Assembly: GCA_963749495.1 (NCBI GenBank) | Contig: CAVVMW010000001.1 | Span: 544,001 to 608,000 of the forward strand | Origin: an uncultured bacterium | Lineage (GTDB): Bacteria > Verrucomicrobiota > Verrucomicrobiia > Limisphaerales > UBA8199 | DNA length: 64,000 nt | Reading direction: 5' to 3' | In this document: in pieces, positions 1-9,667 of the stretch | Layout: each line of letters begins with the position of its first letter | How positions within the stretch are numbered: the stretch's first letter is position 1 | The notes under the pieces: model-generated | Told to the model about the DNA's origin: nothing | Databases searched by the model: none | The model's input: the letters and a program-made list of their open reading frames with translations, nothing else | Program-made: the position numbers and the translations under genes

Positions 1-4
1 GCGC

Positions 5-1470
5 TTACATAAGACCGAGCTTGCGCAAACGGGCCCTGGTGCGGCGCGTGTGACGTTTGAGATGATCGCGGAACCTGCGGCGGGGTGCGTTGAGCCGCGG
101 GTATTTGTTTTTCTTGCGTTTGACGGCGCGCGGCTCGCGTCGGTTTGGCCGCTCGGGGACCAAATCGGCGGCTAGCGTTTCGAGCAGATCGGACCACAGT
201 TGGCGGCGTTTCTTTTTGGAGCGGGCTTGGGCCATGGCCTGGGTAAAGTGCCGGATTGCGTCCAGCGAGCCTTTGAAGCTGATGCGCTCCAGGGGCACCT
301 CATGTTCGGTGGCGGCCTGAGCCATGGTGCCACGGATGAGATTGTGGGCGATGAGGCGCGTGTAGGCCTCTTTGCGAACCATGTTCGGGCTGCGCCCGCG
401 GAGGGTCTCCATTTCCAGAGTGGTTTTCAGGTCATCCAGGCACATCTCCAGGCGCCACCGCCGCAAGTAAGCGCGGAGGATCTGTTCGGCGGGGTAGAGT
501 TCTGGGTCCAAGAGCGTGGTCACCAGTTTGACCTGGCGTACGCGGAAGCCTTTCTGATAGCAACTGCCCTTGACCACGCGCACCGTCAACTGGCTGGGCA
601 AGCCAATCCATTGGAGCAGCGTCAGCCAGGGAGCCCGGCGCTGGGGTTTTCCCCACACGAAGAGCCAGTCGTTTCTGCCCAAGCGGCGGAGGCGCCTTCG
701 CCCATCGAGCCGGCGCGTGGACCGCCCGATGAAGTCCACGTTCAGAAGGTGCTTGAGCCAGGCGAGGACCGCGTAAAAACCGAAGCCGCGGTCTGCCACC
801 AGGATATCCCCGGCCACCAATTGGCTGCTGAGCAGCGTCAACAACGACAGTTCGGAGAGCGCCAAGCTGCCTTGGGCCATGGCCAGGATCGCGCCGCTGA
901 GCATGGAAAAGAGCACGACGATGCGCATCTTGGGGAAGCTGGGTTTGTCGGCGCACTGCAGAGGGGGATACGCCCTTCGGTTTTTGCGCGTGTCGGCCAG
1001 CGTGAGGGCCGAGCCGTCGGCGGCCTTGAGGGGCCGGCCTTGGAGTTGAGTCAGGGCCGGGACTTGCTTGTCGGCGGCCCGGGCGGTGGCGGCCAAAACC
1101 TTGGGGAATTGCCTGAGCGGCAGGCGGGCCTTGGCGCGGCAGTAGGCGCCGTCCTCGGGGGAGATCTGGGGGCCGTCTTCCAAGAGGAAGAGGGCCTGGA
1201 GTTGGCGCACGACCTCGCGCCCGGAGGCGTCGGGGTTGAGGGCTTGCCAGACCATGCACCAGAAGGTGCGCCAGCGGGTGTAGTCGCGGTCGCGGCAGTT
1301 TTTGTGGGCGGAGGCCTTGGCCTTGGGAAAGCACTCCTGGGTACCGAGGAGGAGAAGCACTTTTCCAGTTGGCAGAGGGTATAGGCGCGGACCTGGCGGC
1401 AGGCGTGGGCGGTGCGGGAACCCAAGCGGGCCAGGCGAGAGCGCCAGGGTGGGAAAAAGGGCGTGTGCAT
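5..1470 (-). CDS. IS4-family DDE transposase (one frameshift near 1320-1345)
   Basis: N-terminus MHTPFFPPW (ORF 1051..1548) joins ORF 5..1360, which has YCRAKARLP, AADGS, VADRGF, Y-x2-R-W-x2-E (YLRRWRLE) and a C-terminal RPNRREPRAVKR. Confidence 0.9.
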
Positions 1471-1490
1471 GTCCAGTATATATACTGGAC
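1471..1490. promoter_or_regulatory. Perfect 20-bp palindrome giving a TATACT -10-like box on both strands, between divergent genes
   Basis: GTCCAGTATATATACTGGAC directly abuts the transposase ATG. Confidence 0.6.
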
Positions 1491-1522
1491 TATGCTTGAC
1501 CGGCAAGCTAAAATTGAGGCCG

Positions 1523-1873
1523 ATGAACAAAAATCTGTATGAGGGCACCGCCTCCTGGGACCGGCAATACGAGCAATTGCAACGCCGTTTGAGCCAAATA
1601 GGCTACCTCAGCCAGGGCTCGGTGCAGGACCGCACGCGGCGCTCGGGCGGAGGTACCGGTTACCAGTGGACGCGCAAAGTCGCGCAGAAGACGATCACCG
1701 TCTCACTAACCCAGGAGGAGTTCGAGCAGATGCGCCAAGCGGTTAACCACTACCGACAGGTGCGGGGGCTGTTGCGTGACATGGAGCGGCTGTCCCGCAA
1801 GATTATCTTCCAGAGGGCACCTCATCCCCATCAACGCAAGCGCCTAAGCGCCAAAGTTTTAGGCACTAAGTAA
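1523..1873 (+). CDS. DUF6788-like transposon-associated small basic protein
   Basis: GSV...YQWTRKVAQKTITVSL pattern typical of IS-associated DUF6788 proteins; stop codon lies in the IS end. Confidence 0.7.
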   Translation: MNKNLYEGTASWDRQYEQLQRRLSQIGYLSQGSVQDRTRRSGGGTGYQWTRKVAQKTITVSLTQEEFEQMRQAVNHYRQVRGLLRDMERLSRKIIFQRAPHPHQRKRLSAKVLGTK

Positions 1874-1882
1874 GTGCCATTC

Positions 1883-1980
1883 CCCCTGCAGGGCGGAGGA
1901 AATGTCTCTTTCGGCCCTCACCTGGGGCTGCGCGCTGCGCGCTTCACCCCAGGCTTTCACATTGCGGGCCTTCGGCCCTG
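1883..1980. repeat. REP-like hairpin element; homologous copy at ~60933-61030
   Basis: Near-identical CAGGGCGGAGGA...CCTGGGGCTGCGCGCTGCGCGCTTCACCCCAGGCTTTCACATTGCGGGCCTTCGGCCCT at both sites. Confidence 0.8.
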
Positions 1981-2004
1981 TCGTTTTCTCTTTCCGCAAC
2001 GAGT

Positions 2005-2697
2005 TCAGATCTCCGCCTCGTCGTCGTGCATGTACACGGAGACGTTTTCGAAGCCTTCGGTGGAGACCAGTTCGGTCTGGAGTTCGCCGGAGCGGGCGGG
2101 ATTGCGCAGGAGGAGGCGGTAGCTGAGGTCGGAGCCTTCCTTGACGGCGCGGCGGTCGCTGGCCAGGGAGAGGCGGCGGGCGTGGCGCCTGAGGATTTGG
2201 GTGAGGGTGAGCAGGCGGGCGGGCACGTCGCCGGTGACGCGCAGGGTCAGGACGGCATCGTAGCGTTGGCGCAGGCCAAAGGAGATGAAGCGCAGGCTGA
2301 GGTAGGCGGCGCCGACGCCCAGCAGGCCGAGCAGGGCGGTGGAGAAGCGGAGGGTGCCGATGGCCATGCCTTCCATGACCGCCCAAAGGATGAAGCTGGT
2401 GTCGCGGGTGTCCTTGAGGACGTTGCGGAAGCGGATGATGCCGAAGACGCCCAGCAGGCCAAAGGCGACGACAATGCTGTTGGCCATGGCGACCATGGTG
2501 AGGCTGACCAGGAGCGGGAGCATAGCCAGGGCCGTAACGAATGTGCGGGAATAGGAGAGGGCCTCGTGGGTCCACATATAGACGAAGCCAATGGCCATGC
2601 CGGCGATGAACGCCAGGACGATGAGGAACACGACGGTCAACGGGTCGGTGGTGCCGGCCAGGTCCGACCGGGCCAGTGTGTTCAGAAGGTCGCTCAT
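2005..2697 (-). CDS. DUF4956 family membrane protein
   Basis: Hydrophobic helices and GLLGVFGIIRFRNVLKDTRD motif; ATGA overlap with the upstream VTC gene. Confidence 0.85.
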   Translation of the reverse strand: MSDLLNTLARSDLAGTTDPLTVVFLIVLAFIAGMAIGFVYMWTHEALSYSRTFVTALAMLPLLVSLTMVAMANSIVVAFGLLGVFGIIRFRNVLKDTRDTSFILWAVMEGMAIGTLRFSTALLGLLGVGAAYLSLRFISFGLRQRYDAVLTLRVTGDVPARLLTLTQILRRHARRLSLASDRRAVKEGSDLSYRLLLRNPARSGELQTELVSTEGFENVSVYMHDDEAEI

Positions 2698-3503
2698 AAG
2701 TGCAGGTCCTCCTCCAGTTCGGGGCGCGCAGGCGCGCGGCAATGGAGTTGCTGGGCAAAAATGCAGGCGGTGTATTTGCAGACCGGAGTCTGGGAGAGAT
2801 TGAAGATCTTGACCAGGTTGAGCATCCAGCGGGGGGGCCGTTCATCGAACTTGAGTTCAAGGATGATGCCGTCCCTGGGAAACGGGGCCATGTGGGGCGG
2901 CATATAAGGCAACCACCCGCGTTTGGGCGTCTCCAAACGGCCGCTGCCGTCGTAACGGCTGCCGCGAACCTCGCGGTCGAAAGTCACCCGCAGCTCATCG
3001 TCGTCGCCCGATTCATAGATCTCGCGGAAATAGGAGACGTAGATCATGCCGCGGGCGCGGACGGTGTTGGCGAAGCCCCAGAAATCATCGCTCACATCCT
3101 GTCGGCGGTGGCCGTGCTTGAGGTGGGCGGTATCGGGGACGTAGGGTTCAATGGGCCAGCCCCGGGTGAGGATCTGGCGCACGCCCTCGCGGGAGATCAT
3201 GGCGCGGTCCTTGCAGATGACCTCGCTGACGCGGCGCTTGACCTCCAGGAAGGCGGGGCGTTCCCAGGCATCGTCGTAGAACCGGATGCGCAGCTTCATG
3301 CGGTTCTTGTGGCCCGTGTAGCTCTGGCGAAAGAAAAAGTAATCGGGGGAATCCAGGTAAAGGCTGATGACCGGGTGCCCGCGGATGGGGCCGCTGCCAT
3401 TGTGCTCGGAGGGGCGCAGATAGGTGGAGACGAAATCCGCGATGGCCACGGCGCGGGGCTCCCGGATGACGTATTTCAACTCGTACCGCGCGCTGTGACC
3501 CAT
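2694..3503 (-). CDS. VTC-domain (polyphosphate polymerase-like, CYTH fold) protein
   Basis: RYELKY, SLYLDS, KLRIRFY, LEVKRR, RVTFD, ILELKF and KY motifs. Confidence 0.9.
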   Translation of the reverse strand: MGHSARYELKYVIREPRAVAIADFVSTYLRPSEHNGSGPIRGHPVISLYLDSPDYFFFRQSYTGHKNRMKLRIRFYDDAWERPAFLEVKRRVSEVICKDRAMISREGVRQILTRGWPIEPYVPDTAHLKHGHRRQDVSDDFWGFANTVRARGMIYVSYFREIYESGDDDELRVTFDREVRGSRYDGSGRLETPKRGWLPYMPPHMAPFPRDGIILELKFDERPPRWMLNLVKIFNLSQTPVCKYTACIFAQQLHCRAPARPELEEDLHL

Positions 3504-3537
3504 AAAACGGAGCAGGAGAGGCTAAGTGAAGGGCTCA

Positions 3538-4635
3538 TCATCGCCGGCCCTGCCGCGATTCGGCCTCCAGTCTCCGGGTTTCGTGAGCCAGGACTGCCAC
3601 GGCCAGCCGGATACACTCGATGGGCCGCGGGCTAAACACGGTCTCTTTGCCGAGCATGACCGCGCCGGCCCGCTGGCGGGCCACGAGGGCCAGGTCCGAT
3701 AGCTCGGAGCGCAAGGGCAGGCCGTTTTCGGCGAACGACTCCAGGACCTGGGTGGCGACCACGGAGACCTTGCCCGCTCTGCGGGCGGCGGCAACCAAGT
3801 GCTCCTGGACCTCGGGCAAACGGATGTAGCCGACCGCCAGGCCGAGGTCGCCTCGGGCCACCATGATGCCGTCGGACTCGGCTATGATCTCCTCGGCGCA
3901 TTCGACCGCCGCCAGCGTCTCGAACTTGGCCATGACACGCAAGTCCTGGCCCAGGAGCCGGCGCGCCTCCTGGCCGGCCGTGCGGACATCCTCCGGGGTG
4001 GCAACGAGCGACAAGGCCACCCACTCCGGGCGTAATTGCGCGGCGGCAAAGGCCTGGAGCAGATCACGGTCCGGCGGTGTGATGGGGGCAAATGGACTGC
4101 GGCTGTCCGGCAGGAAAAGCGAGTTGGACGACTTGAGGGGCGCGGAGCCCTCGACCATTCGGGCCAGCACGTGAGACCCGTTGATTTTTTCCACCACAAA
4201 CCTGATCCGGCCGTCGCAGAACCACATCCCGTGTTTGGGCGCCAGCTTGTCCAGCAGCGTCTCCAGCCCCGGCAGAGGGACCACACCCGCCCCGCCCGGG
4301 GCGGAGACCGACACGTCCGGGTCCCAGAACAAGACCTGGTCCCCTATCGCCAACCGCAATTCCTGCATCGTCCCGGTGCGCGGCCTTGATGAAGGCAGGT
4401 CCAACAGCAATTGGACCGGCACCCCGGCCTCGGCTGCGGCGGCGCGCACCGCCCGCGCGTTCTCCACGTGCGGCCGCTGCCGGTACCCGCACGGAAAGCG
4501 AAACCAACAGGCCCCTTCCTGAATGGCCCGGCGCAGATCTTCCCCCTTCTCCAGCGTCGGCCCGACGGTGGCCATGACCTCCGGCACTCTCCAGGCTATT
4601 AGTTCCTGTGTCTCTGACTCAGACTTGCAATTCAC
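3538..4635 (-). CDS. Pyruvate-kinase-like protein (barrel and B domain; no C-terminal regulatory domain)
   Basis: ATVGP, AKFET, DGIMVARGDLG, ATQVLES, RSELSD and AVMLGKET motifs; 365 aa. Confidence 0.85.
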   Translation of the reverse strand: MNCKSESETQELIAWRVPEVMATVGPTLEKGEDLRRAIQEGACWFRFPCGYRQRPHVENARAVRAAAAEAGVPVQLLLDLPSSRPRTGTMQELRLAIGDQVLFWDPDVSVSAPGGAGVVPLPGLETLLDKLAPKHGMWFCDGRIRFVVEKINGSHVLARMVEGSAPLKSSNSLFLPDSRSPFAPITPPDRDLLQAFAAAQLRPEWVALSLVATPEDVRTAGQEARRLLGQDLRVMAKFETLAAVECAEEIIAESDGIMVARGDLGLAVGYIRLPEVQEHLVAAARRAGKVSVVATQVLESFAENGLPLRSELSDLALVARQRAGAVMLGKETVFSPRPIECIRLAVAVLAHETRRLEAESRQGRR

Positions 4636-4820
4636 ACTCTAAACTTTGACGCATTCGCACCCACAGTTCTCAGCCAAATGCGACATCATCGTAACGATTT
4701 GGCAAATTCTCGTCAAGCACCAGAAACGGCAGGCGCCTGTGTGGTTTTGGGCGCCTGGCCGCGTCCGTACTAGAGCAGAGCCCGTGCCAAAACGCCCTCG
4801 CCCCTCACCCCCCTGCCCGC

Positions 4821-5087
4821 GGTGCGATTGAAAGCGTGAGGCATCCGCCTCGGGAGCTTTGTCCCGGAGGGACATCCGACAATAGCCCGGCGTTTCAACG
4901 CCGGGGAGGCCGCCAAAGGGACCCTCGTCCCGAAGGGACGACTGAGACCACGCCTCGCTTTCAGCCGTCCCCTCGGGACGGACCAACTCCTTGGGTCCGC
5001 TCACCCGGCGTTGAAACGCCGGGCTATTGTCGGAAGCCCCTTCGGGGCAAAAAGGCGCCGTGGGCTGAGCGACAGTTTTAATCGCAC
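4821..5087. repeat. ~265-bp MITE/REPIN-like element; inverted copy at 20517-20784
   Basis: Ends GGTGCGATT..AAA / TTTTAATCGCACC; internal inverted ATAGCCCGGCGTTTCAACGCCGGG hairpins. Confidence 0.85.
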
Positions 5088-5158
5088 CTCGCTGCCAGGA
5101 GCAGCACCCCGCGCTGTGCGGGGCAATTCTTCCCGGTTCAGGGTTCAGGGTTCAGGGT

Positions 5159-5899
5159 TCACGTTTCACGTTTCACGTTCCCCGTTTCACGTTTCACGTT
5201 CCCCCCCGCCACCAGGAGCAGGACGCGCCGCTCTGCTTCGCCCCGCACGTCGGTCGTCTTGAACCCGGCGTCTTGCGCCATCCGTCGGGCCTGGGCGCCG
5301 GTGAACCAGGTCTTGTTTTCGGGCGCGTGCGCGTAGCGGGCCCGCCCGGCCTGGTTTAGGAAGTCGAAGGCCGCGAAACCTCCCGGCGCGAGGGTGGCAC
5401 AGGCGGCGCGCAGGAGGGCTTGGCCCTGGCGCCGGCCATAATGGGAAAGGAGAACGCCGCGGGAGAAGATGGCCCCGGCGCGAGGGCACAAAGCGGGCAA
5501 CTGGAAACAATCGCCGACCATGAACGTGGCCCGGCTGAGTTGCCTGGCCTGGGCCAGGCGGATCATCTCGGGGCTGATGTCCACACCGATCCCCCAGGCA
5601 AAACTGGACACCACCTCGGCAAGGACCAGGCCGGTGCCGCAGCCGGCATCGATGACTCCGTGCTGCGCGCAAAAGTCGTGGTGTTCCTGAATGAGCCGGC
5701 GGGCCTGCGCCAGGAAGCGCGCGTAGGCCTCGTCCTGGTTGAGGGGGCAGGCCGGGTCTTGCAGTTCGCGGTCCCAGGCGCCGGCCTTCGCGTCCCACCG
5801 GGCGGCCAGCGCCTCCAGGCGCCGGCCCCGGTAGAGGGCCTGGCTGCCGGAGACCGTGCCCCGATGGCGCGGCGCGCGCGTATTCCCGTCAGCACTCAC
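5159..5899 (-). CDS. Class I SAM-dependent methyltransferase
   Basis: VIDAGCGTG motif I, GVDISPEM, LAPGG. The C-terminus runs into TTTCACG heptamer repeats. Confidence 0.85.
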   Translation of the reverse strand: MSADGNTRAPRHRGTVSGSQALYRGRRLEALAARWDAKAGAWDRELQDPACPLNQDEAYARFLAQARRLIQEHHDFCAQHGVIDAGCGTGLVLAEVVSSFAWGIGVDISPEMIRLAQARQLSRATFMVGDCFQLPALCPRAGAIFSRGVLLSHYGRRQGQALLRAACATLAPGGFAAFDFLNQAGRARYAHAPENKTWFTGAQARRMAQDAGFKTTDVRGEAERRVLLLVAGGNVKRETGNVKRET

Positions 5900-5943
5900 A
5901 ATTGTTTGATCTCATTCGTCATTCGTCATTCGTCATTCGTCAT

Positions 5944-7163
5944 TCACAATCGAATCTGTCCCTTCAGGGCGTTGTAAGTGGCCAGGAGCTGGTCCCGGCC
6001 CGGGTAGTCGCGCCAATGCCAGCGCTCAGCCAGGCCCAGGCCGGCGCAGACGATCCGCCGCACCAATTGGGTCGGCACGTCCTGGGCATCGTAGGCGCGG
6101 CGCGTGCCGTCGTTCTCCTGGACAAACAGGTAGCCGAACTCGGCCCGGCGGAGCCGGGCCAGTTCACCGAGCGGCCCGACTGCCAGGTGCATGCGCCCGG
6201 CAAGCTGAGGGTGGACGTGAACGGGCGCCGGAAAGAGATTCAGGTGGGCATGGTCCACGCAGCAGACGCCCTTGCCGCGTTGCGGGGCGGGGCCGTGCTC
6301 GAAGACCAGGGGCGGCACGCCCCACCGCTGGGCCACCGCGCGGCTGATCGCCGCAACCAGGCGCTCGAGGCGCTCGAACAGGGCCGGAGGCAGGCACGCC
6401 AGCGAGAGGATGTGCCGGCGCGTCAGCAACAGCAGGCCGCCCTCGATGAATTGGCCCAGCGGCGGCATGACCACAAAATGCTCATCCTGATAGACAATCC
6501 GGTCCGCCCGCCCATCCTCCATCATCTGGGCGAAGACACTCAGGCCGTCGGCCTCGAACTCGGCGCAAAACGGGCAGTCGTAGCGCGGGCGGCCGGGGCA
6601 GTCGGCTGGGTCCGGGCCCGGGTCGGGGGCGGTATCCAGGTGCAGCGCGAAGAGGCCGGCCGCCAGGGCGTCGAGGGCGCGGGCGCGGTGGGGCAGTTCC
6701 GGTTCGCCCGGGCCTGCGCGGTCGGGCACGAACAGGTCCGAGAGGGGCATCCGCGCGTCGCGAGGCTGGCGCGAGAAATCGAGGTGTCCCTGGGCAACGC
6801 CGCTCCAGTGGCGCAGGGCGCCCTGGACCCAGCACCCGAGGTGGCATTCCATGGCGGCCCGGCTGGAGACACCGCCCAGAAGCCGTTGCAAGCCGGCCGC
6901 GCCCAGGTGCGGGACCACCGAGGAGGTGAGCGGTCCCGGGAAGGGCCGGTAGGCCTCCAGCACCAACCCGGCGTCATCCACCAGCACCGGCCGGCCAAAC
7001 AGGGCGGCCGCGGCGCGCGCCTTGGCGGCCAGGGCCTGGGCAAAGTCGGTGCCCTGCAATTCCGGGATGGCTTGCGCGGGGGCTCGATGGCGATGCGCCA
7101 GCGCTCCAGTTGCGGGCCGAAGGGGGCGTATTTGGCCGGGTTGGCCGTGCAGAGCGTCAACAT
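5944..7163 (-). CDS. HAM1/ITPase-like NTP pyrophosphatase fused to a HIT-like nucleotide hydrolase (frameshift at a C run near 7078)
   Basis: HAM1 motifs TANPAK, ELQ, VDDAGL..FPGP, HRARA; HIT-like CPFC, FEHG, CCVDHAHLNLFP. Confidence 0.8.
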
Positions 7164-7822
7164 GGGATCCTCGCGCGAATCAGGGCCAGGGCCGTTTCGA
7201 GGACCTCGGGTGCCGAGGCGCTCTCGACGTTCAAGAAGGCGAACGTGGGGACCTGGCGTGAGAGCCAGGCGTAGCACTGCTGTTCGCGGTCGTGAAAGTC
7301 CGCAGTGGCGGTCAATGCATCGAGGGCGCGCGGGGCTGGACCTTTGAGGCCGATCCGGGATTGGCAAGTGGCGAACGAGGCCTCCAGCACAAGGGTCAGG
7401 CCGGGGATGCGCACCTGGCCGGCCACCGGGTCGAGCATGGCCAGCAGGGCCTGGAGCCGGGCAGGGCTGTGAGCGGCGTGTACCGCCAGGGTGGACCAGA
7501 GCGAACGGTCCATGATGACCAGCGGCGCAACGCACCGCTCCAGCAACCGCATCTGCTCGAAACAGCCGCTCAGGAAAAACATGGCGGAGGCGAACCAATC
7601 GGCGTCGCGAATCATCCGTGTCTTGAAGGGCTCCGCACACCAGGCCGCGTCGGTCCCCAGGCAACTGGGGGCTCCCAGCGCCCGGCACAAGCCGCGGCAC
7701 AGGGTGGTCTTGCCCGCCCCGTTCGGGCCCTCGATGGCGATGACAAACGGAGGCCCGGCTCGCCCGGGGGCGAACCGGGGCAGGGCCAGGGAGGCCAGGG
7801 ACACCGTGGCTGCCGCGATCAT
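7157..7822 (-). CDS. Thymidylate-kinase-like nucleoside monophosphate kinase
   Basis: P-loop IAIEGPNGAGKTT and IMDRSLWST motif; overlaps the HAM1 start. Confidence 0.85.
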   Translation of the reverse strand: MIAAATVSLASLALPRFAPGRAGPPFVIAIEGPNGAGKTTLCRGLCRALGAPSCLGTDAAWCAEPFKTRMIRDADWFASAMFFLSGCFEQMRLLERCVAPLVIMDRSLWSTLAVHAAHSPARLQALLAMLDPVAGQVRIPGLTLVLEASFATCQSRIGLKGPAPRALDALTATADFHDREQQCYAWLSRQVPTFAFLNVESASAPEVLETALALIRARIPC

Positions 7823-7893
7823 GGAAAGCCTCCTTTCGCTCTTGCGAATGGATTGGGACCAGGAACCGGATAGGGGCTTCGAGGCCGCGGAAC

Positions 7894-7979
7894 GTTTTGG
7901 ACTGCGGCAGTCCTCTGCCGCTTTCGCGTCCCCACCACCAGCGATTGAAAAGCGGCAGAGGACTGCCGCAGTCCAAAAC
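7894..7979. repeat. REP doublet family A; other copies at ~11822-11902, 20378-20408 (half), 28711-28790, 34183-34263, 57357-57435, 60651-60735
   Basis: GTTTTGGACTGCGGCAGTCCTCTGCCGCTTT...AAAGCGGCAGAGGACTGCCGCAGTCCAAAAC recurs 7 times. Confidence 0.9.
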
Positions 7980-8098
7980 CATGCGGGCTTGGGCGGTTCA
8001 TGAGAACCCTCCACGGTTTTGAAATGAAACGCAGAGACGCAAACAACGCAGAGAAGACAGACAAAACCAATCTCTGCGCTCTTGGCGTCTCTGCGTTT

Positions 8099-9483
8099 TC
8101 ATAGCTCTCCCGCCCGTGCCACCTCGGACCGGAAGACCGTCATCGGGTTCCGGTTCAGGGGAGTCGTGTAAATGTATTCCGCGCCTGGGCCGGCGCGGTC
8201 GCTGCTGACGTAGCCTGCGGCTTCGAGGGCGCGGGCGGTCTCCTCGATCAACTCCGCCAGTTGGGATTGGCTCAGGTAATCGAAACGGACATTGCCGTCC
8301 AGGCCGCCGAAGCAGAAGCTCTCGAAGGCCTTGGGATTGGCGATGCGGATGCCGAAACGGGAGGGGTCCTGGTAATAAACGGTGCCTGGAAACGGGATGA
8401 GCTGGTGGATCGAGATCTCGTGCGGGCGCATCTCGAGCATGAGGCGGATCGAGGCGTATTGCTCCTCCAGCGGGCCGGGCAGGCCGAAGATCCAACCGGT
8501 CTTGACCCGCAACCCGGCCTGCTGCGCGGCGGCCACGCCCTGCCGAATCCGGGCGGTTGTCATGCCCTTTTGCGCCTGGCGCAGGAGTGCGTCCGAGCCG
8601 GATTCGACCCCGAAATAAACGCGCCGGCACCCGGCCTGGGCCATGGCTGAGGCGGTTTGGCAGTCCAGGGCGTCGGCCCGCATCTGGGCTATCCAGGCGA
8701 CACCCGCCCGCGCCTCGGTGCAAGCCCGGCAAAACTCCAGGATGGCCCTCTTGCGCAGGAGAAAGAGATCGTCCGCGAAGAAGACCTCCCGAGCGCCGAA
8801 CCGCTCGCGCAGGTCGAGAACCTCGGCCAGGACCGACGCTGGCGAGCGGACGCCCACGCCGTTATGACGGACCGTCCCCGAATAGTTGCAGCAGAAGGCG
8901 CAATGGTGCGGGCAACCACGCGAGGCCAGCATCGAATGATGGCTGTAGAGCGCAAGGTTGAACAGGCCGCGCTCGACCATGGGCAAGCGGTCCAGGCGGG
9001 CCGCCAGCGGTCCGCCGGGGGTCCTGGCGATGGCGCCCGCCGGGTCGCGAAAGACCAATCCGGGCAGGCGGGAGAGCGCGCCTGGCTCTCCGACGGCCGC
9101 GACCAGGTCCGCAATCACCGGTTCGGCCTCGCCCAGCGCCACGGCGTCGGCGCCATCGGCAATGAGGTCCTCGGGGAACAGGCTGGCGTGGAGCCGCCCG
9201 CCAGGATGCGCATTTCGGGGTATTGTTCCTTGAGCAAACGGATTTGGCGGCGGGCGACGGGGTAGTTGGGAGTGATGACGGAGAACCCGGCAACCGCGGG
9301 CTCAAATCGAGCGACCTCTCCCAGCAGCAGGGCGTCGTCCGCGCCTTCGGCGTTTTGGTCGAAGATGCGGACCTGGTGGCCGTGTTGTGCGAGGAGTGTG
9401 CCCAGGTATCCCACGCCCAGGGGATACTCGCGGTACATCTGCTTGGGATTGAGCGAGCGCGGGACAATGAAGAGCACGCGCAT
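8099..9483 (-). CDS. B12-binding radical SAM protein (class B methyltransferase-like; frameshift near 9190)
   Basis: N-terminal YPLGVGYL B12-binding domain; SRGCPHHCAFC (CxxxCxxC), FFADD, FGVESGS, IFGLPG. Confidence 0.9.
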
Positions 9484-9523
9484 CACTGCCTCCCTGCCCG
9501 GCTTGGGTCCGCCAAGGAGCCGG

Positions 9524-9667
9524 TGCAAAACAACATGGACAAGATGACGCCGGGATTTTGGCGGCCGGCAAGGCGCGAGCGAGGAGCATATCCGCACGGA
9601 TCTGTGACGAGCGAGCAACGCCGCCAGCCGCCAAGAGAACAAGTCAGGTTGTCCATGTTATTTTGCA
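9524..9667. mobile_element. 144-bp MITE with a CCGG target duplication, inserted in the 3' end of the TS-like gene
   Basis: TIR TGCAAAACAACATGGACAA / TTGTCCATGTTATTTTGCA; CCGG at 9520-9523 and 9668-9671. Confidence 0.75.

Larger units (their letters stand above)
1..1882. mobile_element. IS4-family insertion sequence carrying a transposase and a divergent accessory gene; left end runs off the window edge
   Basis: The right end ACTAAGTAAGTGCCATTC (1865-1882) resembles the minus-strand left end CTTATGTAAGCGC. Both ORF stop codons lie within these ends. Confidence 0.75.

Noticed and set aside
7823..8014. N-terminal extension of the kinase ORF, and small ORFs at 4639-5262 and 20284-20783
   Set aside because: These are translations of REP/MITE repeats with no independent coding evidence.
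8099..9483. Prokaryotic viperin
   Set aside because: It has an N-terminal B12-binding domain and class B motifs that viperins lack; the viperin link is only an analogy.
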